The notes below the pieces were generated by a model that saw only the letters and a program-made list of their open reading frames with translations, was not told where the DNA came from and ran no database searches. A stretch of DNA of 64,000 bases from Nitrospirota bacterium (GTDB lineage Bacteria; Nitrospirota; UBA9217). The stretch spans positions 1,280,001-1,344,000 of the forward strand of contig CAVTRN010000002.1 in assembly GCA_963737155.1 (NCBI GenBank), in the 5' to 3' direction. Within the stretch, counting starts at the first letter, position 1; each line of letters begins with the position of its first letter. This document shows positions 32,752 through 45,100 of this stretch, piece by piece. A program made the position numbers and the translations under genes.

Positions 32752-33378
32752 GTGAAAAAAATCAGGGTATTTTTAAAAAAATATTTTATCACCGGCCTTC
32801 TCGTCATCTTGCCTGTGTGGGCGACTTATTATGTACTGACTGCACTTCTCGGCGTAATCGACGGCATCCTAGGTGACTTACCGGCTCATATTTTGGGGCG
32901 CAGAGTCCCCGGGCTGGGAATTGTCACGCTGATTCTCTTTATTTTGATCACGGGTGTTCTTTTCGCCAATTATGTGGGCAGCCGGATTGTCAGTATAAGC
33001 GATGAATTGCTGCATAGGGTACCCCTCGTTCGTGGCGTTTATTTTACCATAAAACAGGTCATGGAAACGTTTTCCATGAAGCACCAGTTTCACGGTGTTG
33101 CCCTTGTTGAATATCCCCGGAAGGGTTGCTGGAGCGTGGGTTTCATGACCGGTGAAACACAGGGTGGATCTCTTGGTTTGGCTGGAAAATTCGTGACGGT
33201 CTTTGTACCTACCACGCCGAATCCGACGGCGGGATTCCTCCTCATCCTGCCCGAGGCCGAAGTCAAACGTCTTGACATGACCGTGGAACAGGGAATGAAG
33301 TTCATAATTTCCTTAGGTCTCGTGCCAATGAATGAGATTAAGTCGCACAAACTGAGAAACCCGACCCAGGAGGTATAG
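32752..33378 (+). CDS. DUF502-domain membrane protein
   Basis: YFITGLL..LP, LVEYPRKG, VFVPTTPNPTAGF. Confidence 0.88.
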   Translation: MKKIRVFLKKYFITGLLVILPVWATYYVLTALLGVIDGILGDLPAHILGRRVPGLGIVTLILFILITGVLFANYVGSRIVSISDELLHRVPLVRGVYFTIKQVMETFSMKHQFHGVALVEYPRKGCWSVGFMTGETQGGSLGLAGKFVTVFVPTTPNPTAGFLLILPEAEVKRLDMTVEQGMKFIISLGLVPMNEIKSHKLRNPTQEV

Positions 33379-33381
33379 CAC

Positions 33382-34767
33382 GTGCAGCCGACAGTCATTA
33401 TTCTTGCCGCGGGTCTCGGTACGCGCATGAAGTCAGGCCTTGCTAAGGCACTTCACTCGGTTGCGGAAATGCCGCTGATCCACCATGTTCTGAATGCCGC
33501 ATTAGGTCTGGTGCCCGAGAAAATCATTGTCGTGCTGGGGCATCAAGCGGATAAAGTAAGTAATGCCGTCGGCGATGACCGCATCGAGATCGTGCTCCAG
33601 ACAGAACAGCTCGGAACAGGCCACGCCGTTCAGCAGGCAAGCGGCGCTATCTCCGGACGATCAGGGCCGATCGTGATCCTCTGCGCCGACACGCCGTTGC
33701 TGACGAGCGTGACATTGAAGTCAATGATCGATCTTCACCAGAAGACCCGTGCGGTGATAACGCTTGTCACCGCACAGGTTGAAAATGCTTTCGGATATGG
33801 CAGAGTAGTGCGTGGAAAGTCAGGCGTTATACGCGTTGTTGAGGAAAGGGACGCGACTGCCGCGCAGAGGAAAATACGTGAAGTAAACGCGGGAATCTAC
33901 TGCTTTGATCGGAATTTTCTGCTTTCATCCCTGTCGCATCTCGGAAAGAACAACGCACAGGGAGAGTACTACCTTCCCGATGCGATATTGCTGGCCAGAA
34001 AGAAGAAGCGTACCGTGGCAACGCTGCTCTGCAATGACCCTGACGAAATAATGGGCGTGAATTCCCGATACGATTTAAGCCGCGCTGAGGCCATCATGCA
34101 GCAGCGCATAAACCGGCGCTGGATGACCGAAGGCGTAACGATGCTTGACCCGGACACGACCTTCGTAGGAACCGAGTCCCTCCTGGGTCGCGACGTCATG
34201 CTCTATCCGAACGTCAGGATCGAAGGGACGACAAAGATAGGGGATGGATGCGTAATCTACCCGGGTTCGCGGATCCATAACAGTGTGATCGCGAAGAGCG
34301 TGACGGTTAAGGACAATTCGGTCATCGAGGAAAGTCACATTTCCTCAGGCGCATCGATTGGCCCCTTTGCACACCTGCGACCGGGGTCGGTTATCGGTGA
34401 AGGGGCACGAATCGGGAATTTTGTCGAACTGAAAAAATCGACAATCGGTGACGGGAGCAAGGCGAACCATCTTTCGTATATAGGAGATTCTATTGTAGGG
34501 AAGCAGGTAAATATCGGTGCAGGCGTCATTACCTGTAACTACGACGGTTATGACAAACATCGCACAGTGATCGAAGACGGCGTTTTCGTAGGCAGTGATG
34601 CGCAGCTCGTTGCTCCTGTAACGATCGGTCACGGCGCTGTTATCGCAGCAGGCACCACGATAACCCGTGATGTTCCTGCGGACGCCTTGGCTATCAGCCG
34701 CGTACCTCAGGAAATCCATGAAGGCTATGCAGAACGAAGACGAAAATTGAAACAGAAGAAACATTGA
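33382..34767 (+). CDS. glmU: Bifunctional UDP-GlcNAc pyrophosphorylase / GlcN-1-P acetyltransferase
   Basis: LAAGLGTRMKS, EYYL.D, hexapeptide repeats, HLSYIGD, CNYDG. Confidence 0.96.
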   Translation: MQPTVIILAAGLGTRMKSGLAKALHSVAEMPLIHHVLNAALGLVPEKIIVVLGHQADKVSNAVGDDRIEIVLQTEQLGTGHAVQQASGAISGRSGPIVILCADTPLLTSVTLKSMIDLHQKTRAVITLVTAQVENAFGYGRVVRGKSGVIRVVEERDATAAQRKIREVNAGIYCFDRNFLLSSLSHLGKNNAQGEYYLPDAILLARKKKRTVATLLCNDPDEIMGVNSRYDLSRAEAIMQQRINRRWMTEGVTMLDPDTTFVGTESLLGRDVMLYPNVRIEGTTKIGDGCVIYPGSRIHNSVIAKSVTVKDNSVIEESHISSGASIGPFAHLRPGSVIGEGARIGNFVELKKSTIGDGSKANHLSYIGDSIVGKQVNIGAGVITCNYDGYDKHRTVIEDGVFVGSDAQLVAPVTIGHGAVIAAGTTITRDVPADALAISRVPQEIHEGYAERRRKLKQKKH

Positions 34768-35042
34768 ACATCACCGGCTGAAAATACAAGCGCCAGGAAG
34801 TAAGCGGGGATGTTTACGTCTCAATAATTTCGGAATCGTCAAAATGTATGTCAGTCTGTTGTTGACGTCATTCAGGCGTGCGCGGAAACGCTGCTTCCTC
34901 ACACAGTATCTGGAAAAAGGATTTTACCCGGGTTTAGCTGTGCAGAACAGGCTTAGTGCCGGGGGAGATTATTTTTTTAACGTATTTATCAAAGGTCCCT
35001 TTCCGATTTTCAGGCCTGCATTCCATTCAAGGAGAGCAACCT

Positions 35043-36872
35043 ATGTGCGGTATTATTGGTTATATCGGTAAGGAGCCGGCGGTCCCGATCCTGATCGAGG
35101 GCCTTAAAAAGCTTGAGTATCGGGGCTATGATTCGGCAGGCGTGGCAGTGCTCCAAAATGGAAAGTTCGAAGTCCGGAGGGCCGTGGGCAAACTCCACAA
35201 CCTCGAGACCCTCTTGCGCGGCGAAACGCTTACCGGGAAAATTGGCGTTGGGCATGTGCGATGGGCCACACACGGAAGGCCGTCGGAGGAAAATGCCCAT
35301 CCGCACCGCGCGGGCAGCATCGTGGTCGTGCATAATGGCATCATCGAAAACTATACAGTGCTCAAGAAACAACTCGAAGCCCAGGGCCGCGTCTTCCATT
35401 CAGAAACTGACACGGAGGTCATTGCGCACCTGATCGACAGTATTGCGCTGAAGGGACCTACGCTGGAAGAGGCGGTGCGCCAAGCTGCTCGGTTACTGGA
35501 AGGCGCATATGCTATTGCTGTCATCGACGAACGGGATCCTGATGTCGTCCTGGGCGCACGCAAGGGAAGTCCCCTTGTGGTCGGCCTCGGCGAGGGCGAG
35601 TTTTTCCTTGCCTCCGATATCCCCGCCGTTCTACACCGAACTAGAGATGTACTGTTCCTGAATGACGATGAAATGGCGATCCTCACTAATGAGGGAGTAC
35701 GCATTACCAATCTTAAGGGGACGACGATAAACCGGGAAATCTCACGGGTTATGTGGAACCCCGTAATGGCGGAGAAAGGCGGCTATCGCCATTTCATGCT
35801 CAAGGAAATCTACGAGCAGCCGCGCGCCATCATGGACACTATGAGGGGCAGGATATCCCAGGAGACCGGAGTTATCCATCTTGGGGAGATTGGTCTTTCG
35901 TCGGATCAGATCAAAAAGGTCAAAAAAATATTCATCGTTGCCTGCGGTACTTCATGGCACGCCGGGCTGGTGGGTAAGTACATGTTTGAGGAGCTAGCCA
36001 AGATTACGACCGAAGTAGATATTGCATCGGAATTCCGCTACCGTAGCCCACTCGTCGGCAAAGACGACCTGTTTATTGCTATTACCCAGTCAGGAGAAAC
36101 CGCAGACACGCTCGCAGCCATGCGGGAAGCGAAGAAGCGAGGGGCTGACGTTGTTTCCATTTGTAATGTGGTAGGGTCAACGGCGAGCCGTGAGGCCACA
36201 GGAGTGATCTACACCCACGCCGGTCCGGAAATCGGTGTGGCTTCGACCAAAGCGTTTACCGCTCAATTAACGGCACTCTATCTTTTCGGGCTTTTTCTCG
36301 GCGGTTTGCGTGGAAATCTTTCCTCGGAAGAAGTGAAAAAACATCTAACTGACCTTATCCACGTTCCTTCCTTGGTTGAGCGATGCCTTGAAACTGATGA
36401 AAGCATTGGGGAAATTGCCAAACACTATTTCAAAGCTTCTGATTTTCTTTATCTCGGCAGGGGACCCAATTTTCCGGTGGCACTTGAGGGCGCGCTCAAA
36501 CTGAAGGAAATTTCCTATATCCATGCCGAAGGCTATCCTGCGGGAGAGATGAAACATGGACCGATCGCGCTCATCGACGAGAACCTTCCGGTCGTGGTGC
36601 TGGCCGGGAAGAACAGCGTCTACGAAAAAATCCTCGGCAACATCGAGGAAGTGAAAGCACGAGGAGGCATCGTAATCGCGATCACGACCGAAGGCGATAA
36701 GGAAATAACAAAAAAGGTGCATCATGCCATTGCCATTCCGGATATCAATCAGCTGCTTATGCCGATTCTGATGGTTGTTCCGCTCCAGCTCCTTGCTTAT
36801 CACATCGCAGTGCTGCTCGGCGCGGATGTGGACCAGCCGAGGAACCTTGCGAAAAGCGTGACCGTGGAGTGA
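35043..36872 (+). CDS. glmS: Glutamine--fructose-6-phosphate transaminase
   Basis: [22 protein letters not shown]-terminal [11 protein letters not shown]. Confidence 0.97.
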   Translation: MCGIIGYIGKEPAVPILIEGLKKLEYRGYDSAGVAVLQNGKFEVRRAVGKLHNLETLLRGETLTGKIGVGHVRWATHGRPSEENAHPHRAGSIVVVHNGIIENYTVLKKQLEAQGRVFHSETDTEVIAHLIDSIALKGPTLEEAVRQAARLLEGAYAIAVIDERDPDVVLGARKGSPLVVGLGEGEFFLASDIPAVLHRTRDVLFLNDDEMAILTNEGVRITNLKGTTINREISRVMWNPVMAEKGGYRHFMLKEIYEQPRAIMDTMRGRISQETGVIHLGEIGLSSDQIKKVKKIFIVACGTSWHAGLVGKYMFEELAKITTEVDIASEFRYRSPLVGKDDLFIAITQSGETADTLAAMREAKKRGADVVSICNVVGSTASREATGVIYTHAGPEIGVASTKAFTAQLTALYLFGLFLGGLRGNLSSEEVKKHLTDLIHVPSLVERCLETDESIGEIAKHYFKASDFLYLGRGPNFPVALEGALKLKEISYIHAEGYPAGEMKHGPIALIDENLPVVVLAGKNSVYEKILGNIEEVKARGGIVIAITTEGDKEITKKVHHAIAIPDINQLLMPILMVVPLQLLAYHIAVLLGADVDQPRNLAKSVTVE

Positions 36873-37043
36873 TCATCGTCACAAAAGAAAAAACAGAAGG
36901 CGGACTTGCTGTATTTATCGGGCATCCAACTTCCGAATTATGAATGAAAGAGATTATTTTGAAAGATGAACTCATTACGTTCTGTTGCCTCTCTGTCTCG
37001 GGGCCTCAATGTCATAGGGATTATAAAAAAGGGGCATTAAACG

Positions 37044-38816
37044 GTGAAAGTACACAAAAAAACGCATACCTGCGGAGAACTTAAAAAGAAGGATGTAGGC
37101 GCAATTGTGACACTCATGGGGTGGGTGCATACGAGACGTGACCATGGCGGCCTCGTGTTCGTGGATTTACGCGACCGTGGTGGAATCACACAGGTCGTTT
37201 TGAATCCGGAAACGTCTGCAGAATCCCACGAACTGGCGCATGATATTCGAAGCGAATACGTGCTCGCTGTGACCGGAACGGTTTCGCTGCGGCCGTCTAA
37301 CACAATAAACGAAAAGCTTCCGACCGGAGAGATCGAAATCGTGGTGAGCGATCTCCGAATTCTGAACACGGCCAAGACCCTGCCGTTCATGATCGAGGAC
37401 GAGACGGACGTGGCCGAGATGTTGAGGCTTAAATACCGATACCTGGACCTCCGGCGACCGAGCCTCCAGAAAATGCTTATGACGCGCCACGTCATTACGC
37501 AGATCGTGCGGCGCTTTCTTGACAGCCATGGATTCATCGACATTGAAACGCCGTTCCTCACGAAGAGCACTCCTGAGGGAGCGCGTGACTATCTTGTTCC
37601 GAGCAGGGTAAATCCCGGCATGTTTTTTGCGTTGCCGCAGTCTCCCCAGCTTTTTAAGCAGATCCTCATGGTAGCGGGTTTTGAACGTTACTACCAGATT
37701 GTAAAATGCTTCCGTGACGAGGATCTGCGCGCCGATCGCCAACCCGAATTCACCCAGATCGATCTTGAAATGTCTTTTATCGACGAAGATGACATCATCG
37801 CTCTGATGGAGCAATTACTGACGGCGGTTGTGAAGGAAATAAAAAACATCGATATAACGACGCCTTTCCCGAGGCTTCCGTACCGTGAAGCCATGGACCG
37901 TTATGGCTCGGATAAGCCGGACACTCGATTTGGCCTTGAACTGAAGGATATTTCTGATATCGCCAAAATATCGGACTTCAAGGTTTTCATTCAGGCCGTG
38001 GAACTGGGCGGCAAGGTGAAGGGTTTTGCTGCTCCCGGCATGGCAGACCTCTCACGCAAGGAAATGGACAACCTGACGAACGAAGTGAAGGTTTTCGGAG
38101 CAAAGGGCTTGGCTTGGATCAAGGTAAATGCATCGGGCTTTGAATCTCCGATCGTGAAGTTTTTCAAGGACGGACAGGTCGAATCTATTGCTGGGCGGCT
38201 CGATGCAAAACCGGGCGATCTCATGATGTTCATCGCTGACAGTCCCAAGATTGTAACGGACACGCTTGGTTATTTGCGCCTGCTCATAGGCAGACGACTG
38301 AAGCTCATCGATGAACGTAAGTTGAACTTTCTTTGGATCACTGAATTTCCGCTGGTGGAGTGGAACGCTGATGAGAAGCGCTACGATTCCATGCACCATC
38401 CCTTTACCGACCCGAGGGAAGAGGATCTTGAATTCATGATGACTGATCCGCTCAAGATCAGGGCCAAGGCCTATGATATTGTGCTAAATGGTTCGGAGAT
38501 CGGCGGAGGCAGCATCCGTATCCACCGTTCGGAGGTGCAGTCACAGATCTTCAATTTACTGAATATTGCAGACGTCGACGCTCGAAACAAATTCGGTTTC
38601 CTCCTCGAGGCGCTTGAGTACGGCGCCCCGCCCCATGGCGGCCTAGCCTTCGGCCTAGACCGGATCACTGCGATATTGACCGGCGCTCAATCCATCCGTG
38701 ACGTCATTGCCTTTCCGAAGACGCAGAAGGCCGTCTGCGTCATGACCGAAGCGCCTTCACGCGTGTCCCCGGCGCAGCTTCGGGAGCTGTCGATCAAACT
38801 GGATATTGTGGAATAA
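37044..38816 (+). CDS. aspS: Aspartate--tRNA ligase
   Basis: RRDHGG, LPQSPQLFKQ, FRDEDLRADRQPEFTQ, PPHGGLAFGLDR. Confidence 0.97.
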   Translation: MKVHKKTHTCGELKKKDVGAIVTLMGWVHTRRDHGGLVFVDLRDRGGITQVVLNPETSAESHELAHDIRSEYVLAVTGTVSLRPSNTINEKLPTGEIEIVVSDLRILNTAKTLPFMIEDETDVAEMLRLKYRYLDLRRPSLQKMLMTRHVITQIVRRFLDSHGFIDIETPFLTKSTPEGARDYLVPSRVNPGMFFALPQSPQLFKQILMVAGFERYYQIVKCFRDEDLRADRQPEFTQIDLEMSFIDEDDIIALMEQLLTAVVKEIKNIDITTPFPRLPYREAMDRYGSDKPDTRFGLELKDISDIAKISDFKVFIQAVELGGKVKGFAAPGMADLSRKEMDNLTNEVKVFGAKGLAWIKVNASGFESPIVKFFKDGQVESIAGRLDAKPGDLMMFIADSPKIVTDTLGYLRLLIGRRLKLIDERKLNFLWITEFPLVEWNADEKRYDSMHHPFTDPREEDLEFMMTDPLKIRAKAYDIVLNGSEIGGGSIRIHRSEVQSQIFNLLNIADVDARNKFGFLLEALEYGAPPHGGLAFGLDRITAILTGAQSIRDVIAFPKTQKAVCVMTEAPSRVSPAQLRELSIKLDIVE

Positions 38817-38900
38817 GGAATAAACAGGGGAATAGTGTGGAGAGACGACGGTTAACCGGTGTCTACTCCGTTGATTTCCATGCCCTCTGCCCCATGCTAT

Positions 38901-39077
38901 ATGTCAAATATTAAGTGCAAAGTGTGTGGCAAGAAGGTCGATCTTCGGATCAACTGAAGAACTGTAACTTTTCGCTGCACGGGATGCGGCAAGGAATTCT
39001 CAATCAAAGAATATATCGACGAGATTAATGATGAAATGTGGGAAAAAATATCCCGCAGACCTTGCAACAGAGCATGA
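38901..39077 (+). CDS. Small dual-CxxC (seleno)protein, in-frame TGA at 38955
   Basis: MSNIKCKVCGKKVDLRIN-U-RTVTFRCTGCGKEFSIKEYIDEINDEMWEKISRRPCNRA; SECIS-like hairpin 38974-38990. Confidence 0.75.
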
Positions 39078-39179
39078 ATAATGTTAATAACCTACCTAAG
39101 CGAGTTGTTCTCTCTTCCAAAAATAAAGTAAAAAAACAAGCTTGGTCCGAGTATTTCGGCGCAAGGCGAAGGGACCGTA

Positions 39180-42100
39180 TTATCCTAGCTTCTCGATCAA
39201 CTCCCTCACTGTAACAAAAAGATCTCCCTCGATCGGATGGACTATCGGTGCATGCCGGTTCTGGTTCAGCTTCATCAACGGTGCATCCGGGTCCTTGTTG
39301 AAGCAAAGGATCTCGGTGCGAGTTCCCACATAGTCTATGTGCTGCGGCGCTCCCGAGATGCCCAGGGCGATGATGAGCTTTGGGTTGACACGGATACCGG
39401 TCTGTCCGATTTGTGCATCAAGCGGCAGCAGCTTTAAATCCTGCGTGACTTTTCGTGTCGCGCCGAACAATGGCGCAAGACCCCGTCCTTCCAGAACTGA
39501 CTTGAGTTCCTGCGCCAGTTCGAATCCTGCGCGGTCCCTGATACCGTATCCGAGGTCGATAATTATGTCGGCTTGTGAGAGCGTGGTCAATGCTTCTGGC
39601 GGGAGAGGCATAAGCCACTCACTCGACAGAGGATACTCGAGCGCAACAGCTGTGAAATTGCTTCGCATCTCCGGTGCACCGAATTCGGCATTCCGGGGAA
39701 TAGTAAGGAATGCCGATTCTTCTCCCAGACGCTCTTTTCTGATAAGCCTGTTGTCATAGGCGGCCATTGAAATTCTCATGGATCGGTCTTCCTGGTACAC
39801 GATTGACCCGATATCCCCGTAAACGTGAACGTGCCGTCCTGTGGAAAATAGCTGAGCGGCAACTACGCCAAAAGCATCAAGCCAGTAGGAACCTCCCAGA
39901 ACTAACGGCTTATCCGATGTTTTGGTGATGACGCGAAGCAGTTCCTCCTTTCCCTCAATAGACAACATACTATCTCCAGTGTCCAGGCAGAAAGCCCGGT
40001 CAGCCCCGTTCGCGCGCGTCAGTCCCAACAGCATGGACCAGAACGCCCTTGGGGCAGCGACGACGGCATTCATCGGTCTGCTGAAACCATCGGCAATTTT
40101 TCTCCCTGCTCGAAGGATCGCGGCATTAGCCTTCTGCTCGCGCGGGTCAAGAATTGCCCAGATCGCGTGGTCGTCAGACAACCTGCCTCGGACTATTTCT
40201 CCCTGATACTCTTCCGCCTGCGCCGAGCGCGCTTGGGCAGCATAGTTACCGAGATATTCAGCAGCAGCCTGAACTGTGGTAATTGTTGCCGCCGGAGCAG
40301 CAGCTCCCGCTGGCCGCTCGAATCGGGGTGTTTGTGCTGCGGCGGATTGAATAGCGGAATTAATCACCATAATATGCGCGAATGACGATGTCACTGTCAT
40401 CGATATATCCTGTTCAGACGGGGCAGTGACACCAGTAATGCTGAGAACGGCCGGTGGGGCAATTTGCTCAAGACCCATCCCATCAGGGCGGGCCAGGAAC
40501 CGCGACTTTCGGTAATGTGTTCTAGAAAGAGCTCCGGCCAGATAGGCGCCGGCTCCCTGCTCGCCATTCAGGCATGAAGATCCTATGGTAATAAGATCGT
40601 ATTGGTTCATTACTTCCAGAGTATGTACAGTGCTTGCAATTTCTGCAGGAGTCGCAAAATTGCAGTTCAACCGGATAAGTCGGTCTGCAGAGGCGGCGGC
40701 TGAACGAAGGAGTTGTTCGTGTCCGGCGTTGCCGATAAGAAGCGCATCGACATAGACCATATTACTACTTTCTGCTTTGAGTGAAAGAGCTTGAGTGACG
40801 CCAGAGAGATCTAAAGGATCAGTGATCTCGACGATCTCTTTGATCGAACCGTGCTCCAGTCTGGGTTTCGGTGACAGATCGAAAACAGGCCGAAGTATGC
40901 AGAGTATCCTGAGTTGAGCCTTGAGAGGGGCTGAAGTTTCGAAGACTGTTTCGACCTGCAAGTATGCCCGGCCAAGCGCTGCATCCGCTGCGCGTACTTC
41001 AGCTAGATCGAGGTTCTGCCTTACCTGCTCCCATGCATATTTAAAGCGGTCCCTGATTGCCGCAAGGCGGGCCAGTGTGCGTTCAGCAGCGCGATCTCCC
41101 GCAATGAGCAGCAAGGGAACATATTCGGGATCGGATTGCTCAAGAAGTTTTTTTCGACAGCCGAGCCATTCCATCCTGTAGTAAATACATTCGAGTCGCA
41201 GAATCTCTCCTGCCATATCCGCGAGCGGGAACAGGGCAGGCTGGAGCATGGCATCGGACCATGATAAATCGCCGAGCAGGGCTACCGCATCTTTAACGAA
41301 TGTACGAAGCATGTTTTTCCATTCGGCAAGCACCTGAGCGCTGTTGTCCCTTGATTGTGCGGTCAGCTCGGGCCATGTCTGCGCCTGGGTGATCAGGTCG
41401 CGTAGGATCAGGAAGCGCTGCACTTCGTTCGTTCCTTCGTAGATCGTAAGGATGCGGGCGTCACGCCGCGCTTTTTCGAGCAGGAAATGTTCCGTTTGCC
41501 CCTGAGGGCCGAAAGCGTATTCGACGAGCGTGAGGAGTTCGTGGATGTCCTCGGAACAGGCGTATTTGGCAATGGCAGACTCCATGCGCACCGATTCGTG
41601 AGGGCGGTCAAAGAGGCCAATGAGATAGAAGGCAAGAGACTCGCTCCCGAACAGGATTGCGGCGGCTTCGCCGAGAAGTTTATCCCGATCGGGAGAAGGA
41701 GTGAGCTGTGAACGCGCTTCATCGAGGAGCTTATGCATGAGCGCTCCGGAGACAACGGCGAGCCCGCAGCGTCCTACATTCAGCGTTTCGAGCGCGTTGG
41801 CCTGTCCATGGCCCTCGTAACCGATTACGGCTTCGCGCGGGACGCGGACATTGTCGATTGATATCTCGTTCGTAGGTGAACCACGCTGACCCATCTTCTT
41901 TTCATCGGCGCCGACCTTGAGCCCTTCGCTGTGGCGGTCCACGAGAAAGCCGGTTACGCCCTCGTCCGTTCGGGCAAAAAGACAAAACTGGGTGGCAATG
42001 CTGCCGTTGGTGATCCACATCTTTGCACCGGTCAGACGGTAATATTCATACATCGGTTTGGTCCCCGCCATTCGCGACTGGCCAATGTCGTGAAACTCGC

Positions 42101-45100
42101 ATACGCTTCCCTTGTAGTGGTAATACCGTGTTCCCCGGTCCGAGGTGTAATCATAATGGTCGTAGTGAATCAAAGAGGATTGTCCATCGGGTGTGCCGTA
42201 TGCAATGCCCTGGCGCGTGAACAGGATTCTGTCCGCATCGATCAGGTAACGGATGTTCTTCTCATCTATCTCGTCGACATAGAAAGCATATCTCCCGTCC
42301 TCAAGCGGTGTGAGCTCCGCGACTGAGAGCCTTGCAATAGTCTTAATACCGCCAGAATCAGATCCCGCCGTGGGTTCAGTCAAGGCAAAGGCGCTCACAC
42401 CGCTGTGGCCGAGATAGCGCAGGAAGAGTTTATGGCATCGCTCCCGGCGAGGCAGCTCATCAAGCGCAGCCACTATATCAGGCATGACATGCTCAAAGAG
42501 TTCTGTGGCATGCTTAAGGGCTGTTATGAATCCATTGAAATCCCCGCGTTGTCCGGCAACACCGGCGCTGTAAAAGGCGCGCAAGAAATTGGAGCTTAAG
42601 TACTTAACCACACGCGTATGACGAATGCGATCGTCCACAAGCTTCATGATCGATTCATACTCTTTCCTGATCCAGGCAGGATCGGGGGAGGAAAAGGATT
42701 TAATGATCCCCGCGAGTCGCTTGCTTATCTCGCCCAAATGCCGGGAGTCATGTGCCAGTGGCGCAAGCTCCTCGCGCACGCGAGGTAACTCATCTTCCAA
42801 CCCGAGAAGGATCGGTGTCGTGCCGATGCTTGTGCTGGCCATGATGAGCAGATTTATTGCCGCATCTCCGAAATTCCCTGCTGCTGAGTTCAGGATATAA
42901 TATTCGGCTTTATGCCAGCCGAGACCGTTTTCGGCTTGTGGAATGTAGGTCGCGAGCCATTTGTGCTCTTTTATTGCCGTGATTACCTCATCGGGCAGGC
43001 TGTGGTCCCGCTCAATTGCGCGTTCAATGAAGAGACCGCCGAAAAATTTATCCCGGCAGTTTATTTTGAACCAGTCGGTAAGTTCAAGCCATCGCGCTCG
43101 CAAATGAGGATCGTGGAGCTGAATTTCAGGAAGATAACGGGGAGAGCGGTCGAAGACGTTCTTCAGAAAGCTACCAGAGGAATGAGGAACTCCCGGAGTT
43201 GTGCAGAACGTTTTGTAATCACTGTCCAGTGCCACTGAGGGAAGGATCGGCTCAGCAGGGAACAGGGCTGATGGTGAAACACGACCGCGTCCAGCTGACA
43301 ATAGAGCTTCCTGAAGCATAGTTTTTGCCTGTCCTAGCAGCACTTCAGCCGCGGCTGCTTCGGCTTCCCTGCTTGTGCCGTTTTCGAGTGCAAGCTCAAT
43401 TTTATGGAGTACGATGCGGATACCAATGAGGAGCGCTTTAACCTGCCCCGCCAGCAGGGAATCCACGTCTTCAGGTAGATCAATGCAGAGAGTTTCGAGC
43501 TCCTCAAGCTGCTTCGCGCGTTTTTCGAGCGGTTCTCCCCGAATAGTCATCGATTTCCAAGATTGGAAAATTGACCTGTCTCTGCCTCGTAAACGGAGAA
43601 GGGCATGCAAAGATGCAGCCGCTCCGTAACCGGGAGAAAGGAATCGGAACAGCGCACTGTCGCGGTAGAATCTCGAGAGCAGATCATCCTCGGAATATGC
43701 AAAACCGCCGAAAACCTGGCCGGCATCGTAGCCTAGGCTGCCGGGCTCAGGGCCGAAAGCAGCAGCGGCGAGGGTTGAAGATATAAGATCAAGTTCGGTG
43801 TCTGGTGTCTCGAGTTCAGCGAAAGAATCAAAGAGCGTTTTTAGCAGCAAGCGCCAGGCTTCGATCCTGCTGATCATGGCTTTTACCGCGCCGAGTTTGG
43901 CGATGCCGTCACGGCCTTCCGTATCGAGCATCTGGCCAGGGAACTGAATGCGGCCTATCGCGTGCTCCGCAGCTCTTCGCGAAAGATAATCAGCGGCTCC
44001 AAGGGCAACGGCAAGATAGGAAAAAGCGCAAGGGATCCCATTATTGTCATGGGCGAGGACGTCGTGTCTTTTCACGCTGCAGTCTAGCGTAACATCGGAA
44101 AATGACGCCGCTCTGAAGCCGATTGTCGGCGTGCTCGTGATCATAACACCGTTTGTGGTTAGCGGTATGATATTTCCCCTCCCTCCCGCTATGAGAAGGA
44201 GTGTATGACATGCGGCAAGTGGAACAAAATTTAATGTGCCCCGGATTCGGACACTTTCAAGACCCTCCTCTATCACGAGATGCTCTGCTCTCACGGCGCA
44301 GATCCCGGGATTGAGCATGGTGCCTGCTGTCCTTAGCGTCTTGATCGCTGCAAACTGGTGTGCTGCAATGAGACCGAGTGCTGGGCTGATTGTTGAGAGC
44401 GCCCTGACCGCTTCATGCGGAGAGTCGGTGTGGTCCGCAATAAATGTGTGCAGCATTGCAGCTCCTGCTGCTCCCAGCGGTTCCTCCTCCCATTGCTTGA
44501 CCACGCGATCCGGAAAGAGAAGTGATATCGATTCATAAGATATGGTCCCGGTGCTTCGTCGCGCCTTTGCGGTCGTCGCAGGAGGTTCGACATCGCGTAC
44601 CCCTCTCCATGTCAAAAGGCGCTGTTCCAAGGTTCGACAGTTGTAGAACACATGGAACAGCTTTCCCTCCATCAGCCGTAATTCGATGGCGGTTTTATCC
44701 GAGTGGATCAGCTGGGATAACCCCTCCCTGCTGTCATTCGAGAGCGCCGTCTCTAGATGCCCGAGCTTTTCGATCAGCCGTTTTCCAATCAAGAGGGGCC
44801 AGGCTTTTCTACTTTTATCCCCGGAGGAAGGAAATTGTTTCACAGCATCCATGAAAGCCAACGTCGCATTCAAGGCAGACCGGCAGGCAGCCTTGATGTT
44901 GTCACTCAGATACCAAACCGTTTCATCGAGTGCCCGTATGATTGCATGCCCAGCCTCAGAAGGGCGGAACCTTGGAGAGGAATCCCTGAGCGAATTCAGC
45001 AGCAGCGATATGGTTCCGCTCTCGGGTCGGTAAATGAGTTTATGGTCCGTGTGTCGGCCCCAGAGTGTGCGGGCCGGCTCGGCGCGCCAGCACGTTTCGC

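Noticed and set aside
34785-34900. glmS ribozyme upstream of glmS (AGCGCCAG start)
   Set aside because: The conserved GACGAGG core and P1/P2 pairings were not found; needs an Infernal check
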